Source: Lysobacterales bacterium
GTDB lineage: Bacteria > Pseudomonadota > Gammaproteobacteria > Xanthomonadales > SZUA-5
Assembly (NCBI GenBank): GCA_022844165.1
Contig: JALHMH010000012.1
Location: 1-64,000 of the forward strand
Direction: 5' to 3'
Length of the DNA stretch: 64,000 nucleotides
A model generated the notes under the pieces. That model made no database searches. It saw only the letters and a list, made by a program, of their open reading frames with translations, and was not told where the DNA came from. A program made the translations under genes and the position numbers. This document shows positions 22,724-32,447 of the stretch, piece after piece. The stretch's first letter is position 1, and each line of letters begins with the position of its first letter.

Positions 22724-25524
22724 AGCCCCTCAAACCTTGGCGCCAAATCGCCGTACCCCACGAAGACGTTCACAAGGGCACCTTCCAGCAAGCCGAGTTC
22801 GCCGCGGACATCACGCGCGTGCACGACGGCACGGCAAGCGCCGAATACCAGGACCCAGTGTTGTTTTTCCAGCGCACCTTCATTACCGAAGGCATGCGCT
22901 TGCTGCTGGACTCGGTAGCGCGACGGCTGGCGGGGAAGGGCGGTGACCCCGTCATCCAGTTGCAGACGGCCTTCGGTGGCGGCAAGACGCACACCATGCT
23001 GGCGGTGTTTCATCTGGCCAGCGGCAAGGCGGCAGCGTCGGACCTGGCTGGCATTCCGGCCATCCTCGACAAGGTCGGATTGATTGAGCTGCCGCGGGCG
23101 CGCATCGCGGTACTCGACGGCACCAAGCTGGCGCCAAATCAGCCGCGGCGAGTCGACGGACAAGAGATCCGGACACTGTGGGGCGAACTGGCGTGGCAGC
23201 TCGGCAAAGCCGACGGCTACGCGCTGGTTGCCGAGTCCGATCGTTCTGGCACGTCGCCGGGCAAGGAAGTGCTGACGGCATTGATTGCCGGAGCTTCGCC
23301 GTGCGTGATCCTGGTCGATGAGCTGGTCGCCTACGTTCGCCAGTTCGACGGCAGTCGCCCGCTGGCCGGCGGCACCTACGATTCGAACCTCAGCTTCATC
23401 CAGTCGCTCACGGAAGCACTCAAAGCTGTGCCGAACGCGCTGATGCTGGCGTCACTGCCGGAGTCTGAGCGCGAGGCCGGGTCTGATCGCGGCATCGCTG
23501 CGCTCAAAGCGATCGAGCACTACTTTGGCCGCGTGCAGGCCGTCTGGAAGCCGGTCGCTACGGAAGAGGCTTTCGAGATCGTGCGGCGGCGCTTGTTCGC
23601 GCAGATCACCGATCGCGCGGCCGCGGACTCGGTGTGTCGTGCGTTCGCCGATCACTACGTGACCCATGCCAGCGAGCTGCCTGGGGAGACCCAGGAAGGG
23701 CAGTACCTGGAGCGGATGCGGGCGGCATTCCCGATTCATCCCGAAGTGTTTCAACGTCTGTACCAGGACTGGTCAGCGCTGCCGAACTTCCAGCGCACGC
23801 GCGGCGTGCTCAAGTTGATGGCCAAGGTGATTCATCGCTTGTGGCAGGACGGCAATCAGGATCTGCTGATCTTGCCGAGCAGCTTTCCCATATACGACGC
23901 CACCGTGCGCAGTGACCTGACCGTCTACCTGCCGCCCGGATGGGATCCGGTACTGGATCACGATGTCGATGGCGAACGCTCCGAACCGGCATCGATCGAG
24001 CAGTTCGAGCCTCGGTTTGGCACTGTCCAGGCCTGTCGCCGGGTCAGCCGCTCCGTCTTCCTGGGCAGCGCGCCGGCCGGCATGAACGAGATGGCGCGAG
24101 GCGTGGAGACGCCGCGGGTCGTTTTGGCTTGCCTGCAACCGGACCAGGCGCCGCACATTTACCGCGATGCACTCGGCCGCATCGAGGGGCGCCTGACTTT
24201 TCTCAACAAGGGGAATGGTCGCTGGTGGTTCGATGTCCGGCCGAACCTGCGCCGCGAAATGGAAGAACGCAAGCGTCGCTTCGACGACGACGACATACTG
24301 GCCGCCATGCGCGAGGCACTGAACCGCGTGATGGGGCCGGCACCATTCCAGGCCGCACATCTGTTCACGCCGGCATCCGAGATTTCGGACGATTTCAGCC
24401 TGCGTCTGGTGGTGTTGCCACCGTCCGCCATCTGGACGCGATCCGGCCCCAACCCGGGCCGCGAGGCCGCGCTGGCCATCCTCAAGCAACGTGGCGACCA
24501 GCCACGCATGCGCCAAAACCGCCTGCTGTTCCTGGCGGCGGATGCAGATCAGGTCTCGCATCTGAAAGACCTGATCCGATCGCATCTGGCCTGGAAGAGC
24601 ATCGTCGCCGATGTGAAAGACAACCGGATCACGCTCGACAACCTGCAACAACGACAGGCCGAGCAGCAGCGCGATCAAGTCGGCGAAAGCGTCTTCCGCT
24701 CCGTCCGCGAGACCTTCCGCTGGTTGATCTCACCCGGCCAGTCGGTCGTCAAGGGCGGCGGCATTTCCGAGATTGAATGGGAGGCCTTCCCGCTCAACCC
24801 CGCCGCGCCGGGGCTAGGCAAAGAGGTTTCCAGGGCCGCCCGCGAGAACGAACTCGTCATCGACGAGTGGGCACCGACGCACCTCAACAACCTTCTGAAG
24901 ACCTGGTTCTGGAAGGAAGGCGCTCCCACTGCGTCCGCGTTGGACGTGTGGCAGAAAACCTGCGCCTATCTATACATGCCAAGGCTGGGTGGGTCGACCG
25001 TCATGCAAAGCGCCATCGCTGCCGGCGCCGGCAGCCGCGACTTCTTCGCGCTGGCCTTCGGAAAGGACGACGACAAGTACCGTGGTTTTATGTTCGGCAG
25101 AATCGCGTCGCCGATGATGGACGAACTGCTTCTGATAGAACCTGGCCACGCGACGGCCTATGAGGCAGCTTTGCCTGCATCGGCGCCAAGACCTAATGTG
25201 GAACCTCAACCGCCGGATGACCTGGGGAGCCTAAAGATACCCGCTGACCCAGTACCGCCCCCCGGTGGCGTTGGCACTGAACCCGCTCAGTCACGCCCGG
25301 TGAAGTACTTCGGCAACCTGACGCTGGACCCAGTCCGGTGCGCCCTGCAGTTCTCCACCGTCGCCAACGAGATCGTCCAACTGTTTACTGCCAACCCAAA
25401 AGCGAAGGTTCGCATCAAGGTTGACATCGATGTAGAGCAAGCCGACGGCTTCGACGAAGCAACCCTTCGAGCGGTGCGCGAGAACGCGCGGACGCTGAAG
25501 TTTGATCAGAGTGAGTTTGAGTGA
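22720..25524 (+). CDS. DUF499 AAA+ ATPase
   Basis: 934 aa. [19 protein letters not shown], Walker [10 protein letters not shown], Walker [21 protein letters not shown]. Confidence 0.9.
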   Translation: MKPLKPWRQIAVPHEDVHKGTFQQAEFAADITRVHDGTASAEYQDPVLFFQRTFITEGMRLLLDSVARRLAGKGGDPVIQLQTAFGGGKTHTMLAVFHLASGKAAASDLAGIPAILDKVGLIELPRARIAVLDGTKLAPNQPRRVDGQEIRTLWGELAWQLGKADGYALVAESDRSGTSPGKEVLTALIAGASPCVILVDELVAYVRQFDGSRPLAGGTYDSNLSFIQSLTEALKAVPNALMLASLPESEREAGSDRGIAALKAIEHYFGRVQAVWKPVATEEAFEIVRRRLFAQITDRAAADSVCRAFADHYVTHASELPGETQEGQYLERMRAAFPIHPEVFQRLYQDWSALPNFQRTRGVLKLMAKVIHRLWQDGNQDLLILPSSFPIYDATVRSDLTVYLPPGWDPVLDHDVDGERSEPASIEQFEPRFGTVQACRRVSRSVFLGSAPAGMNEMARGVETPRVVLACLQPDQAPHIYRDALGRIEGRLTFLNKGNGRWWFDVRPNLRREMEERKRRFDDDDILAAMREALNRVMGPAPFQAAHLFTPASEISDDFSLRLVVLPPSAIWTRSGPNPGREAALAILKQRGDQPRMRQNRLLFLAADADQVSHLKDLIRSHLAWKSIVADVKDNRITLDNLQQRQAEQQRDQVGESVFRSVRETFRWLISPGQSVVKGGGISEIEWEAFPLNPAAPGLGKEVSRAARENELVIDEWAPTHLNNLLKTWFWKEGAPTASALDVWQKTCAYLYMPRLGGSTVMQSAIAAGAGSRDFFALAFGKDDDKYRGFMFGRIASPMMDELLLIEPGHATAYEAALPASAPRPNVEPQPPDDLGSLKIPADPVPPPGGVGTEPAQSRPVKYFGNLTLDPVRCALQFSTVANEIVQLFTANPKAKVRIKVDIDVEQADGFDEATLRAVRENARTLKFDQSEFE

Positions 25525-25555
25525 TAGGAAATCTAGACTATCCGGAAGAGTTCTG

Positions 25556-25897
25556 ATGCCGAAGATTCGTTTGTCAGTTGCGGCGCCGACGCACGATCCA
25601 CGAGCAGTCTCATTGGTCAGGAAGGTTACTGGTCTGACCGTTGCGTCTGCGGCAAAGAGGCTTGCTGAGGGCCAAGCAAGTCCGCTTATGGTTGCGGATC
25701 TATTCAAGGGCGATCACGACGATAGAGCGAGCGAGTTGCGTCAGTTGATTGCAGGCCTTTCCCAGCTTGGCGTGACGCCCTACCTGCTATGCGCAGGATC
25801 TCAACGCTGTCGCCGGCATCGTCGCCCGCGATGTTGTCGGTCCGCAGGCGGGGGGTGTCTTTGCAAGTTCGTTCGATGGGCGAGAGCGAGCGACTAA
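25556..25897 (+). CDS. Small hypothetical protein, C-terminus possibly truncated or degraded
   Basis: The first ~78 aa look protein-like (VRKVTGLTVASAAKRL...DLFKGDHDDRASELRQLI). The tail is Arg/Cys-rich and looks non-coding. Confidence 0.4.
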   Translation: MPKIRLSVAAPTHDPRAVSLVRKVTGLTVASAAKRLAEGQASPLMVADLFKGDHDDRASELRQLIAGLSQLGVTPYLLCAGSQRCRRHRRPRCCRSAGGGCLCKFVRWARASD

Positions 25898-26796
25898 ACC
25901 ACCAGGCGCAGCCGCTCCGGCGCGATGCCGATTTCGACGCGCTGGCCGCTCAGGAATTCAACGCGGTCGGTTTCGATGCCATCGGCGAAGAGCACGCCGC
26001 CCTCGTCCATTTCCGATTGCAGCACCAGCGGACGTTCGCTGCTGGTCTGGCCATAGTTGACGGTGGTGCCGGTGGCGATGCTTGGAAAGGGCTCACGCAC
26101 GAACCAGACCAGTCGCGGATCGGTGGGAACCGGTGGCGTGGTCCGAATGCCGCGCTGCTCGGCAATCGACCGCGCCCAGCCGGTGGCGCCGGTGCCGGTG
26201 GCAGCAATCACCCCCGATGAGGAATGGCGCTCATTCTGCTCGCCGCATTGGATGCGATAGCGCGCCGACTGGTGACTGACATGGCCGATGAACACTTCGT
26301 TGAGCGCGCGCAATTCCTGGCCGTCTTCACGCCGTGCCAGCGCCATCGCCCGGCCCTCGATCCGGTACGGCGAATGTGGTGCCTGCTTGCAGGCAAAGGC
26401 GAGCAAGCCGCTCATGCGTACGGCTTCGTGTCGACACAGCACACCGTCGTATTCGGCGGGATCGGGGTTGATGCCGATCACCGTCTGCCCACGCAGATAC
26501 TTCGCGACATTCGGCACCAGACCATCCTGGCCAACGATCACCACGATGTCGTCCGGCGCGAACAAGAAACGATCGAGATCGGTCCGATCGATGCGCACGG
26601 TGCGCTGCTGCGCCGGGATCTGGCTCTGGACCGAGCTGAGCGCCGCGCACAACCGACCATGCACGCGGTCGGCAAAACTGAGGTCCTGGCCGCGCGAGCG
26701 TAAGTAGAACTCCGCTTGGCCACGCGTTCCAAAGCGCTCCAGCAGCAGCTCCAGCGGCGTCATCCGGGTCACCAGCACGATGCGGGGGAGGGACAT
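25894..26796 (-). CDS. NAD kinase-like protein (ATP-NAD kinase fold)
   Basis: 300 aa. VGQDG (GGDG variant), GINPD, ALNEVFIG (NE motif), SSGVIAATGTGATGW (variant of the STPTGSTAY motif). Confidence 0.75.
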   Translation of the reverse strand: MSLPRIVLVTRMTPLELLLERFGTRGQAEFYLRSRGQDLSFADRVHGRLCAALSSVQSQIPAQQRTVRIDRTDLDRFLFAPDDIVVIVGQDGLVPNVAKYLRGQTVIGINPDPAEYDGVLCRHEAVRMSGLLAFACKQAPHSPYRIEGRAMALARREDGQELRALNEVFIGHVSHQSARYRIQCGEQNERHSSSGVIAATGTGATGWARSIAEQRGIRTTPPVPTDPRLVWFVREPFPSIATGTTVNYGQTSSERPLVLQSEMDEGGVLFADGIETDRVEFLSGQRVEIGIAPERLRLVV

Positions 26797-26920
26797 GTGG
26801 GCGGGTGCGGAAGCTCAGGAGTCGAAAGGTTGTAGCGATCCGTTGGCGAGTATGAAAGCCGGCAGCTTTCGAGCACGAGTCGGTCAGCCCGATCGTTTCC
26901 CGGATGCGCGCCGGACTTCC

Positions 26921-27967
26921 CTACTTGTCGCCACTATCCCGCACCATCTGCGCAAAACTCTGCGCCAACAGGTCCGGCGTGATGTTCAGGTGGCCGATGT
27001 TCTGCAGTTTACCGGCGACCTCGGACAGTGCCATCGCGGTGGCGGCGGCGGTGGGCGTACGCGTCCAGATGTCGTGGCGAGTCTGCATCGCTGCGGCCTG
27101 CTGCTCGGCCCGCAGTTGCGCGGCATCGGCCTCTGCGCGGGCGTTGATGCGGGTCTGATCGGCGCTCGCCTCGGTTTGCAGACGTGCGCGCTCGATCGCA
27201 GCCTCGATCTGCACGCGCTGGCTGGCGGCTTCTTGTTCGGCCTGCAGCAGCGCGTTCTCGCCGCGTTTGCGGATCAGTTCCTGTTGGCGGCGCTCCAACT
27301 CCAGCTCCGTCGCCAGTTCGTTTTCCTTGATCGCACGCTCCTTTTCGACGGCCTGCGCGCGCCGCTGAAACTGCGCCTCGTCGGCGCGCGCCTGCACCGC
27401 TTCGCGCATCGGCGTCCCCAGCGCTTTCTCCAGTTCCGCGCTCGGCACGATCTGATCGATCACCAGGTTCACCAGCTGCAGACCCATCGCCGCGATCTCC
27501 GCATCGCCGCTCATCGCCGCACTGACCGCCTCACGCACCTGCTCGGAACCCTGCTTCAGGATGCTCTCCAGCGGCTGCACCGACAGCAGCTTGCGGACCA
27601 CCGGCAATGCGCGCTGCGCCAGCACGCTGGCCAGACGATCCAGCGGTTGTTCGAGCCACGCACCGGTGTCGATGGACAGCGAGAAGTTGAAGCGGCCCGC
27701 AGCTTTTTCGGCGTCGGCGATGCGATAAGTGATCGTCGCCTGCACCTTCACTGGCTGAAAATCTACCGAGTGCTCGTTCAGCACGAAGGTGCTTTGGCGG
27801 TCCTCGATCGGCAGCATCGCGATTGCCGCCGACAGCGGCGAAAACCAGTACGCAATGCCCGCGCCCTTGCGCGCCAGCCGCCCACTGCGGAAGTGCAGGA
27901 TCAGCTGATTCGGTTCGGCGCGCAGGCGCCGCAGCGGCAGGATCGGCAGACGCGAAATCGTTGGCAT
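26921..27967 (-). CDS. SPFH (band 7/flotillin-like) domain protein with coiled-coil tail
   Basis: 348 aa. GAGIAYWFSPL, DFQPVKVQATITYRI, A/E-rich coiled coil, IGHLNITPDLL. RBS GGAGG upstream. Confidence 0.85.
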   Translation of the reverse strand: MPTISRLPILPLRRLRAEPNQLILHFRSGRLARKGAGIAYWFSPLSAAIAMLPIEDRQSTFVLNEHSVDFQPVKVQATITYRIADAEKAAGRFNFSLSIDTGAWLEQPLDRLASVLAQRALPVVRKLLSVQPLESILKQGSEQVREAVSAAMSGDAEIAAMGLQLVNLVIDQIVPSAELEKALGTPMREAVQARADEAQFQRRAQAVEKERAIKENELATELELERRQQELIRKRGENALLQAEQEAASQRVQIEAAIERARLQTEASADQTRINARAEADAAQLRAEQQAAAMQTRHDIWTRTPTAAATAMALSEVAGKLQNIGHLNITPDLLAQSFAQMVRDSGDK

Positions 27968-28158
27968 GAACGGCCTCCAGCAGGGGCGAACAGTTTAGCG
28001 GTACGCTGAGGACCTCGGGGAGTGTGTCCGCCGATTTCGTCTGTCGTCGCTCTGGCGGGTGGACTGCGGACTTAAGAGCAAGGGACGACCGATGTCGGGC
28101 TCCTGAGAATCGCCCGGACAGATCGCGACGCAGGGATTCCAAGCCTTCGCTACGGCCA

Positions 28159-28350
28159 GTGCCAGTCAAAATTAGTGGCGATCAAGCGATCACGCTCAGT
28201 CCTGGTGAACATAGCCAGCTGATCAAGGCCATTGTCGAGGACTTCGCAGAGCGATTTGTCCCTGGCGCTGATCTGATCTACGTTGGCGATACGGGGGAGA
28301 AATGGGGATATTTCAATGAGCCGTTACTGGAACAGCTTGGCGTGAAGGAT
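28159..28350 (+). pseudogene. Internal fragment of a BsuBI/PstI-family type II restriction endonuclease
   Basis: VPVKISGDQAITLSPGEHSQLIKAIVEDFAERFVPGADLIYVGDTGEKWGYFNEPLLEQLGV matches the conserved start of the BsuBI/PstI catalytic domain. It lacks the N-terminal half and the following HGKMPD catalytic segment. Confidence 0.75.
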
Positions 28351-28429
28351 CCCTTCGTCAGGGTCGGCGCTTTCTGCTCTGCCCGCAAAACGCCCGCGCC
28401 GTAATCGCTGCGATCGGTATCGTCGCCAG

Positions 28430-29287
28430 ATGCTCGCTTGGCTCGCCTTCATTGCCTGCTCTTTGATCTGGGGCTCCACCTGGCTCGCGCACAAATGGGC
28501 GCTGGTCGACTTTACGCCGATCGGATTGGGCAGCCTGCGTTTTCTCTGCGCCGGCTTGTTGTGCGTGGCCATTGCGCGGCTCGCTGGCGAGCCGTTTGTG
28601 CGACGTGAGCACCTGCGGCCGTTGTTGATCGCCGGGCTCATCATGGCAGGACTTGCCAATGTCCTGACGGCATGGAGTCTGCTGTACATTCCGTCTGGCG
28701 TCGGTGCTGTATTGCAGGCGCCGATTCCCGTCTGGCTGGCGCTGATGACTTTAAACAAGGAACCGTTGAGTCGCGCGGGCTGGCTTGCCGTGTTTCTAGG
28801 ATTCTTCGGTGTTGCGATGGTGATGTGGCCCAGTGAGGCAGGGCCGATCGATCCTTTCGCAGCAACGGTCTGTGCGCTGACTGCCGGCGCCTGGTCCTGG
28901 GCTTCCCTCTATCAGCGGGCCCGAGTACATTCAGGCGGCTTGTTCGCCAACGCGGGCGTGCAGATGTTGACAAGCGGTTTGATCGGCAGTGCACTGACGC
29001 CACTCCTGGGTGGCTTTACGACAGGAACAGCGGAGATCTCGCAAACGGCCTGGATGGCGATGGTCTATCTGGTGATCGGTGGGTCGTGCGTTGCATTTGC
29101 CTCGTACCTGTATCTGGTTCGCGTATGGCATCCTGCCCGGGCTGGCAGCTTCGCCTATGTCAATCCCGTGGTCGCGGTATTGATCGGATGGTGGCTTGGT
29201 GGCGAAGCGCTCACCACCTCGCTGATCGTCGGTATGGTTATCATCTTTCTGGCGGTGGCAGCCTTGCAACTCGCCACCAAACGCTGA
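28430..29287 (+). CDS. EamA/DMT family transporter (YedA-like)
   Basis: 285 aa, about 10 TM segments, IWGSTW and SFAYVNPVVAV. Confidence 0.9.
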   Translation: MLAWLAFIACSLIWGSTWLAHKWALVDFTPIGLGSLRFLCAGLLCVAIARLAGEPFVRREHLRPLLIAGLIMAGLANVLTAWSLLYIPSGVGAVLQAPIPVWLALMTLNKEPLSRAGWLAVFLGFFGVAMVMWPSEAGPIDPFAATVCALTAGAWSWASLYQRARVHSGGLFANAGVQMLTSGLIGSALTPLLGGFTTGTAEISQTAWMAMVYLVIGGSCVAFASYLYLVRVWHPARAGSFAYVNPVVAVLIGWWLGGEALTTSLIVGMVIIFLAVAALQLATKR

Positions 29288-29311
29288 CAGTCAACGGATT
29301 GAATCGCGTGC

Positions 29312-29728
29312 ATGTGGCAATCGGCTGAAACCTCGCTTACCGGCCTGCCCGCGTTCCTCGCGTACTTCACGCTGGCGCTGGCACTCACGTTCTTGTACTT
29401 GTTCGTTTACACCTCGTTGACGCCGCAGCGTGAATTTACGTTGATTCGTCTCAACAACAACGCTGCGGCGACGGCGCTGGGTGGATCGCTCCTGGGTTTT
29501 GCGTTGCCACTGCATAGCGCCATCACGAATGCCATCAGCCTGTTTGACTGCGCATTGTGGGGTCTGGTCGCTCTAGTGATTCAAGTGCTCACGTTCCTGA
29601 TGTTGCGCCTTGTGCTCAGTGGATTGCCGGACCGCATTGCACGCGGGGAACAAGCGGCGGGTACCTTTGTTGCCGCCGTGTCGATTACGGTCGGGCTATT
29701 GAATGCCGCGTCGATGACCTACTATTGA
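29312..29728 (+). CDS. DUF350 membrane protein (YjfL-like)
   Basis: 138 aa, 4 TM segments, LTPQREFTLIR.NN.AAA and GLLNAASMT. Confidence 0.85.
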   Translation: MWQSAETSLTGLPAFLAYFTLALALTFLYLFVYTSLTPQREFTLIRLNNNAAATALGGSLLGFALPLHSAITNAISLFDCALWGLVALVIQVLTFLMLRLVLSGLPDRIARGEQAAGTFVAAVSITVGLLNAASMTYY

Positions 29729-29827
29729 TCCGCCTCGACATCTGTTCGGTGCTGGTGCGTGCTGGCCTGGCCCTGTTTCGACGGAAGTCGCGTATGCCTC
29801 AGTAACGATCTGGGCATGGGGTATGTC

Positions 29828-32227
29828 ATGGCGATGTTCCGTGGACTGTGGATTGCGACTTGGATCTTGGTCTGCACGCCGCTTTCGGCTGCAACGTCTT
29901 TGTGCGTCGAGTCGACCAGCGCGTTTATCAACACCTTGGCTCAAGTGCCCGGCTTGACCGACGAGCTGCACATCAAACTGCGAGCGGGAACGTACACCTT
30001 TGGCGGGCTGGTACAGACCGAGCTCAGTTCTGCGGCTGGACCGCGCGGGCGACTGCAGATCGAGGGCGGCTACGATGCAGGATGTCAGAACCGCAGTAAT
30101 GATGCTGGCGCTACGGTGCTTCAAAGCAGCGCCAATAGTGCCGACAAGCGGCTGCGCATCGAAATCGGAAGCGAAAATCTGCTGTTGCGCAATTTCACCA
30201 TGCAGTCGCTGGATCTCGAAGTCGTCGATACCGACCCCTATAACCCTTCCGACTATGGTCGCTGCAGAGTTGCCGATCGCAGCGTCGTTTTGCGGCGTTT
30301 GCGGCTGTTACAAACGTACGTGCTCCTGGATCTGGCTTGCCACCGCTCAAAAATTGAGAACAGTTATATCGTTAGTCGCAGCGGAACGACTACCGATACG
30401 GTTCTTCGCCACCGCATCGTCAACCCCTATATCGTGCGCCCAGAAGGTTATGGGGACTTGACCATTCTGTACAGTACGATCCTCGGTGGTGCAGTGCGCT
30501 ACGACGCATGTTGCGATATCACTGGCGAGTTTGGTCCCGGAACGGCCGAGATCGTCAATTCGGTGTTCGATAACGACGGCATCGAGTTGCAACTCGACGC
30601 CGATGTCATCGTGCGCAACAACCGTTACGACTCTGCGTCTTTCAGTGGCGGCAGTGTGTCCAGTAGCAATAACATCACTTCGCCGCCATCACTGCAGGCG
30701 AGCGGCGTACCGATGGCAGGCTCGCCATTGATCAACAACGGTACGCGATTCGTCGATGGCGCGCCTTCTGTCGATCTGGCGCACAATCCACGGCAGGTCG
30801 GCACGAATCCCGATATCGGCGCATACGAGACCAATGTCGACGATCGCTTTTACCTGGATGTCACTAACACGCAGTCCAGCGGCGCCAACTCGTTTGCAGC
30901 AGCCGTTGCCGCAGCCAACGCTACCAACGGTCGCCAGGTCATTCGGTTCGATATTACCGGGCCATGCCCGCGAATCATTACGCTCAATCAAACACTGACC
31001 CTCACCGACGAAATCGACATCGCCGGCGATACCCAGCCCGGAACGTTGACCAATACCTTTGCCACCGGCTTCAATGGTCGCCCGTGCATCGTACTGCAAG
31101 CAGGCCCGGGTGTGGCTGATGGCCTGGTCTTCAATTCCAGCGAAAGCGACGACGACCTCAGTGTTCGCTCAATCGGCTTCAGCGGGTTCAGCAGCGGTGC
31201 CATCTGGATCCGCTCAGGTAGCGATCACAACATTTACGGCAGTCAGTTCGGCGGAACCGTCGGGCTGTTTACGCTGCAGGATGTCGGCACCGCAATCCGC
31301 ACCAGTGATACAGCGCACAACGTGCAGGTTGGCGGCCTCGATCCTGCGCAAGCCAATCTCATTGGTAATGCAAACTTCGGACTCTCATTGGCCGGCCTCG
31401 GCGGCAATCGCGTGCAGGGTAACGCGATCGGCGATGCAGGGTTCAACCGGCTGCCGAACACTGTGGCAATCGCGCTGCTTTCGCCGGGCAATCGAATCGA
31501 AGGAAACCTGATCGCCGGAAGTTCGGTTGTCAATGTGCTGCTCAGCGGGCAAAACGTGCAGTTTAACGTGGTCACCGATAACGCCATCATTGGCGCGACG
31601 GGGACTGTGGGTGATGGTCTGTCGATTCAAAGCGGGGCCAATCGGAACCGCATTGGCCCTGACAACAGTTTCCAAGGCAATGCTGGCGCTGGTGTGAGAA
31701 TCTTCTCTGGATCATTCAACGACCTCTCTGGGAATCAGTTCAGTGGTCAAGGTGGGTTGGCGATTGATCTCGGCACGGAAGGGGTGACGCCCAACGATGA
31801 CGATCCCTTGTTCGACGGCAATACCAGCGCCAATCGCGAACAGAACTTTCCGGTGATCGAATTGGCTCGACGACGCACGGTTCTGCCGTTCGTCTGGCTC
31901 GACATTGAAGGAACGTTGCGCACCACCGAGGGTGTTTATCGCATTGACGTATATCGGAACAACAGCTGTGATGCCTCCGGCCATGGAGAAGGTCTCGATT
32001 GGTTGGGCACTGTCTCCTTAGACGTTGATTGCACAATTCTTTTCAATAACCAATGTTCTGAGCCCTTTGAATTGACAGTGCCGGGGGCAGGCGTTGACGT
32101 GGGCGACTCGATCACAGCGATCGCTACGAGCCCGGGCAAACATACGAGTGAGTTCGCGGCATGTCGTACAGTGACGCAGAATCTAGTCTTGCCGTCGCTA
32201 CTTCTGTCGGATGGCTTTGAGGACTAG
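29828..32227 (+). CDS. Secreted beta-helix repeat / choice-of-anchor Q-like protein with C-terminal DGFE motif
   Basis: Signal-peptide-like N-terminus, GSPLIN.G...PDIGAYE, parallel beta-helix GNxIxG repeats, IDLG..GVTPND...QNFP...TSEF, ends LLLSDGFED. Start could also be 29816 or 29834. Confidence 0.75.
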   Translation: MAMFRGLWIATWILVCTPLSAATSLCVESTSAFINTLAQVPGLTDELHIKLRAGTYTFGGLVQTELSSAAGPRGRLQIEGGYDAGCQNRSNDAGATVLQSSANSADKRLRIEIGSENLLLRNFTMQSLDLEVVDTDPYNPSDYGRCRVADRSVVLRRLRLLQTYVLLDLACHRSKIENSYIVSRSGTTTDTVLRHRIVNPYIVRPEGYGDLTILYSTILGGAVRYDACCDITGEFGPGTAEIVNSVFDNDGIELQLDADVIVRNNRYDSASFSGGSVSSSNNITSPPSLQASGVPMAGSPLINNGTRFVDGAPSVDLAHNPRQVGTNPDIGAYETNVDDRFYLDVTNTQSSGANSFAAAVAAANATNGRQVIRFDITGPCPRIITLNQTLTLTDEIDIAGDTQPGTLTNTFATGFNGRPCIVLQAGPGVADGLVFNSSESDDDLSVRSIGFSGFSSGAIWIRSGSDHNIYGSQFGGTVGLFTLQDVGTAIRTSDTAHNVQVGGLDPAQANLIGNANFGLSLAGLGGNRVQGNAIGDAGFNRLPNTVAIALLSPGNRIEGNLIAGSSVVNVLLSGQNVQFNVVTDNAIIGATGTVGDGLSIQSGANRNRIGPDNSFQGNAGAGVRIFSGSFNDLSGNQFSGQGGLAIDLGTEGVTPNDDDPLFDGNTSANREQNFPVIELARRRTVLPFVWLDIEGTLRTTEGVYRIDVYRNNSCDASGHGEGLDWLGTVSLDVDCTILFNNQCSEPFELTVPGAGVDVGDSITAIATSPGKHTSEFAACRTVTQNLVLPSLLLSDGFED

Positions 32228-32243
32228 CGAGGCTTCGCCTCAG
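32222..32243 (+). repeat. 22-bp hairpin repeat, copy 1
   Basis: GACTAGCGAGGCTTCGCCTCAG, identical to 47036-47057. Contains GAGGC-TTC-GCCTC. Confidence 0.7.
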
Positions 32244-32404
32244 AACGGCGCGGGTCCGGACTCGCTGCATGGATCAGGCACTTGCGCGCTGGCAAGCTGT
32301 TTCCCAACAGCCTGCAGGCGGTGCGTGTCCGCCTACCTTGGTTGGCGGATGGCTTGCGCGGATGGCAGCGGGTGCGGGTTGAAACGTCAACTGAATCCTG
32401 GGTC

Positions 32405-32433
32405 TTCACAGCGCGGCATTCAAACGCTATGGT
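32405..32433 (+). promoter_or_regulatory. sigma70-type promoter of tRNA-Leu
   Basis: TTCACA-17 nt-TATGGT, ending 14 nt before the tRNA. Confidence 0.55.
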
Positions 32434-32447
32434 TATGAGCTTGCTTA

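Noticed and set aside
1404-25524. DISARM or classical BREX assignment
   Set aside because: DUF1998 is fused in a DruE-sized helicase rather than a separate DrmB. No PLD (DrmC), PglZ or BrxL was recognised.
26780-28009. Long antisense ORFs (409 aa here; also 14061-15113, 23773-24678, 41690-42577, 45903-47102, 50697-51644)
   Set aside because: Shadow frames opposite well-supported genes, as expected from high-GC codon bias.
29312-29728. DUF350 as part of a PspA/SPFH/glutathionylspermidine module with the nearby SPFH gene
   Set aside because: Opposite strand, separated by an RM remnant and EamA, and no PspA or GSP synthase gene is present.
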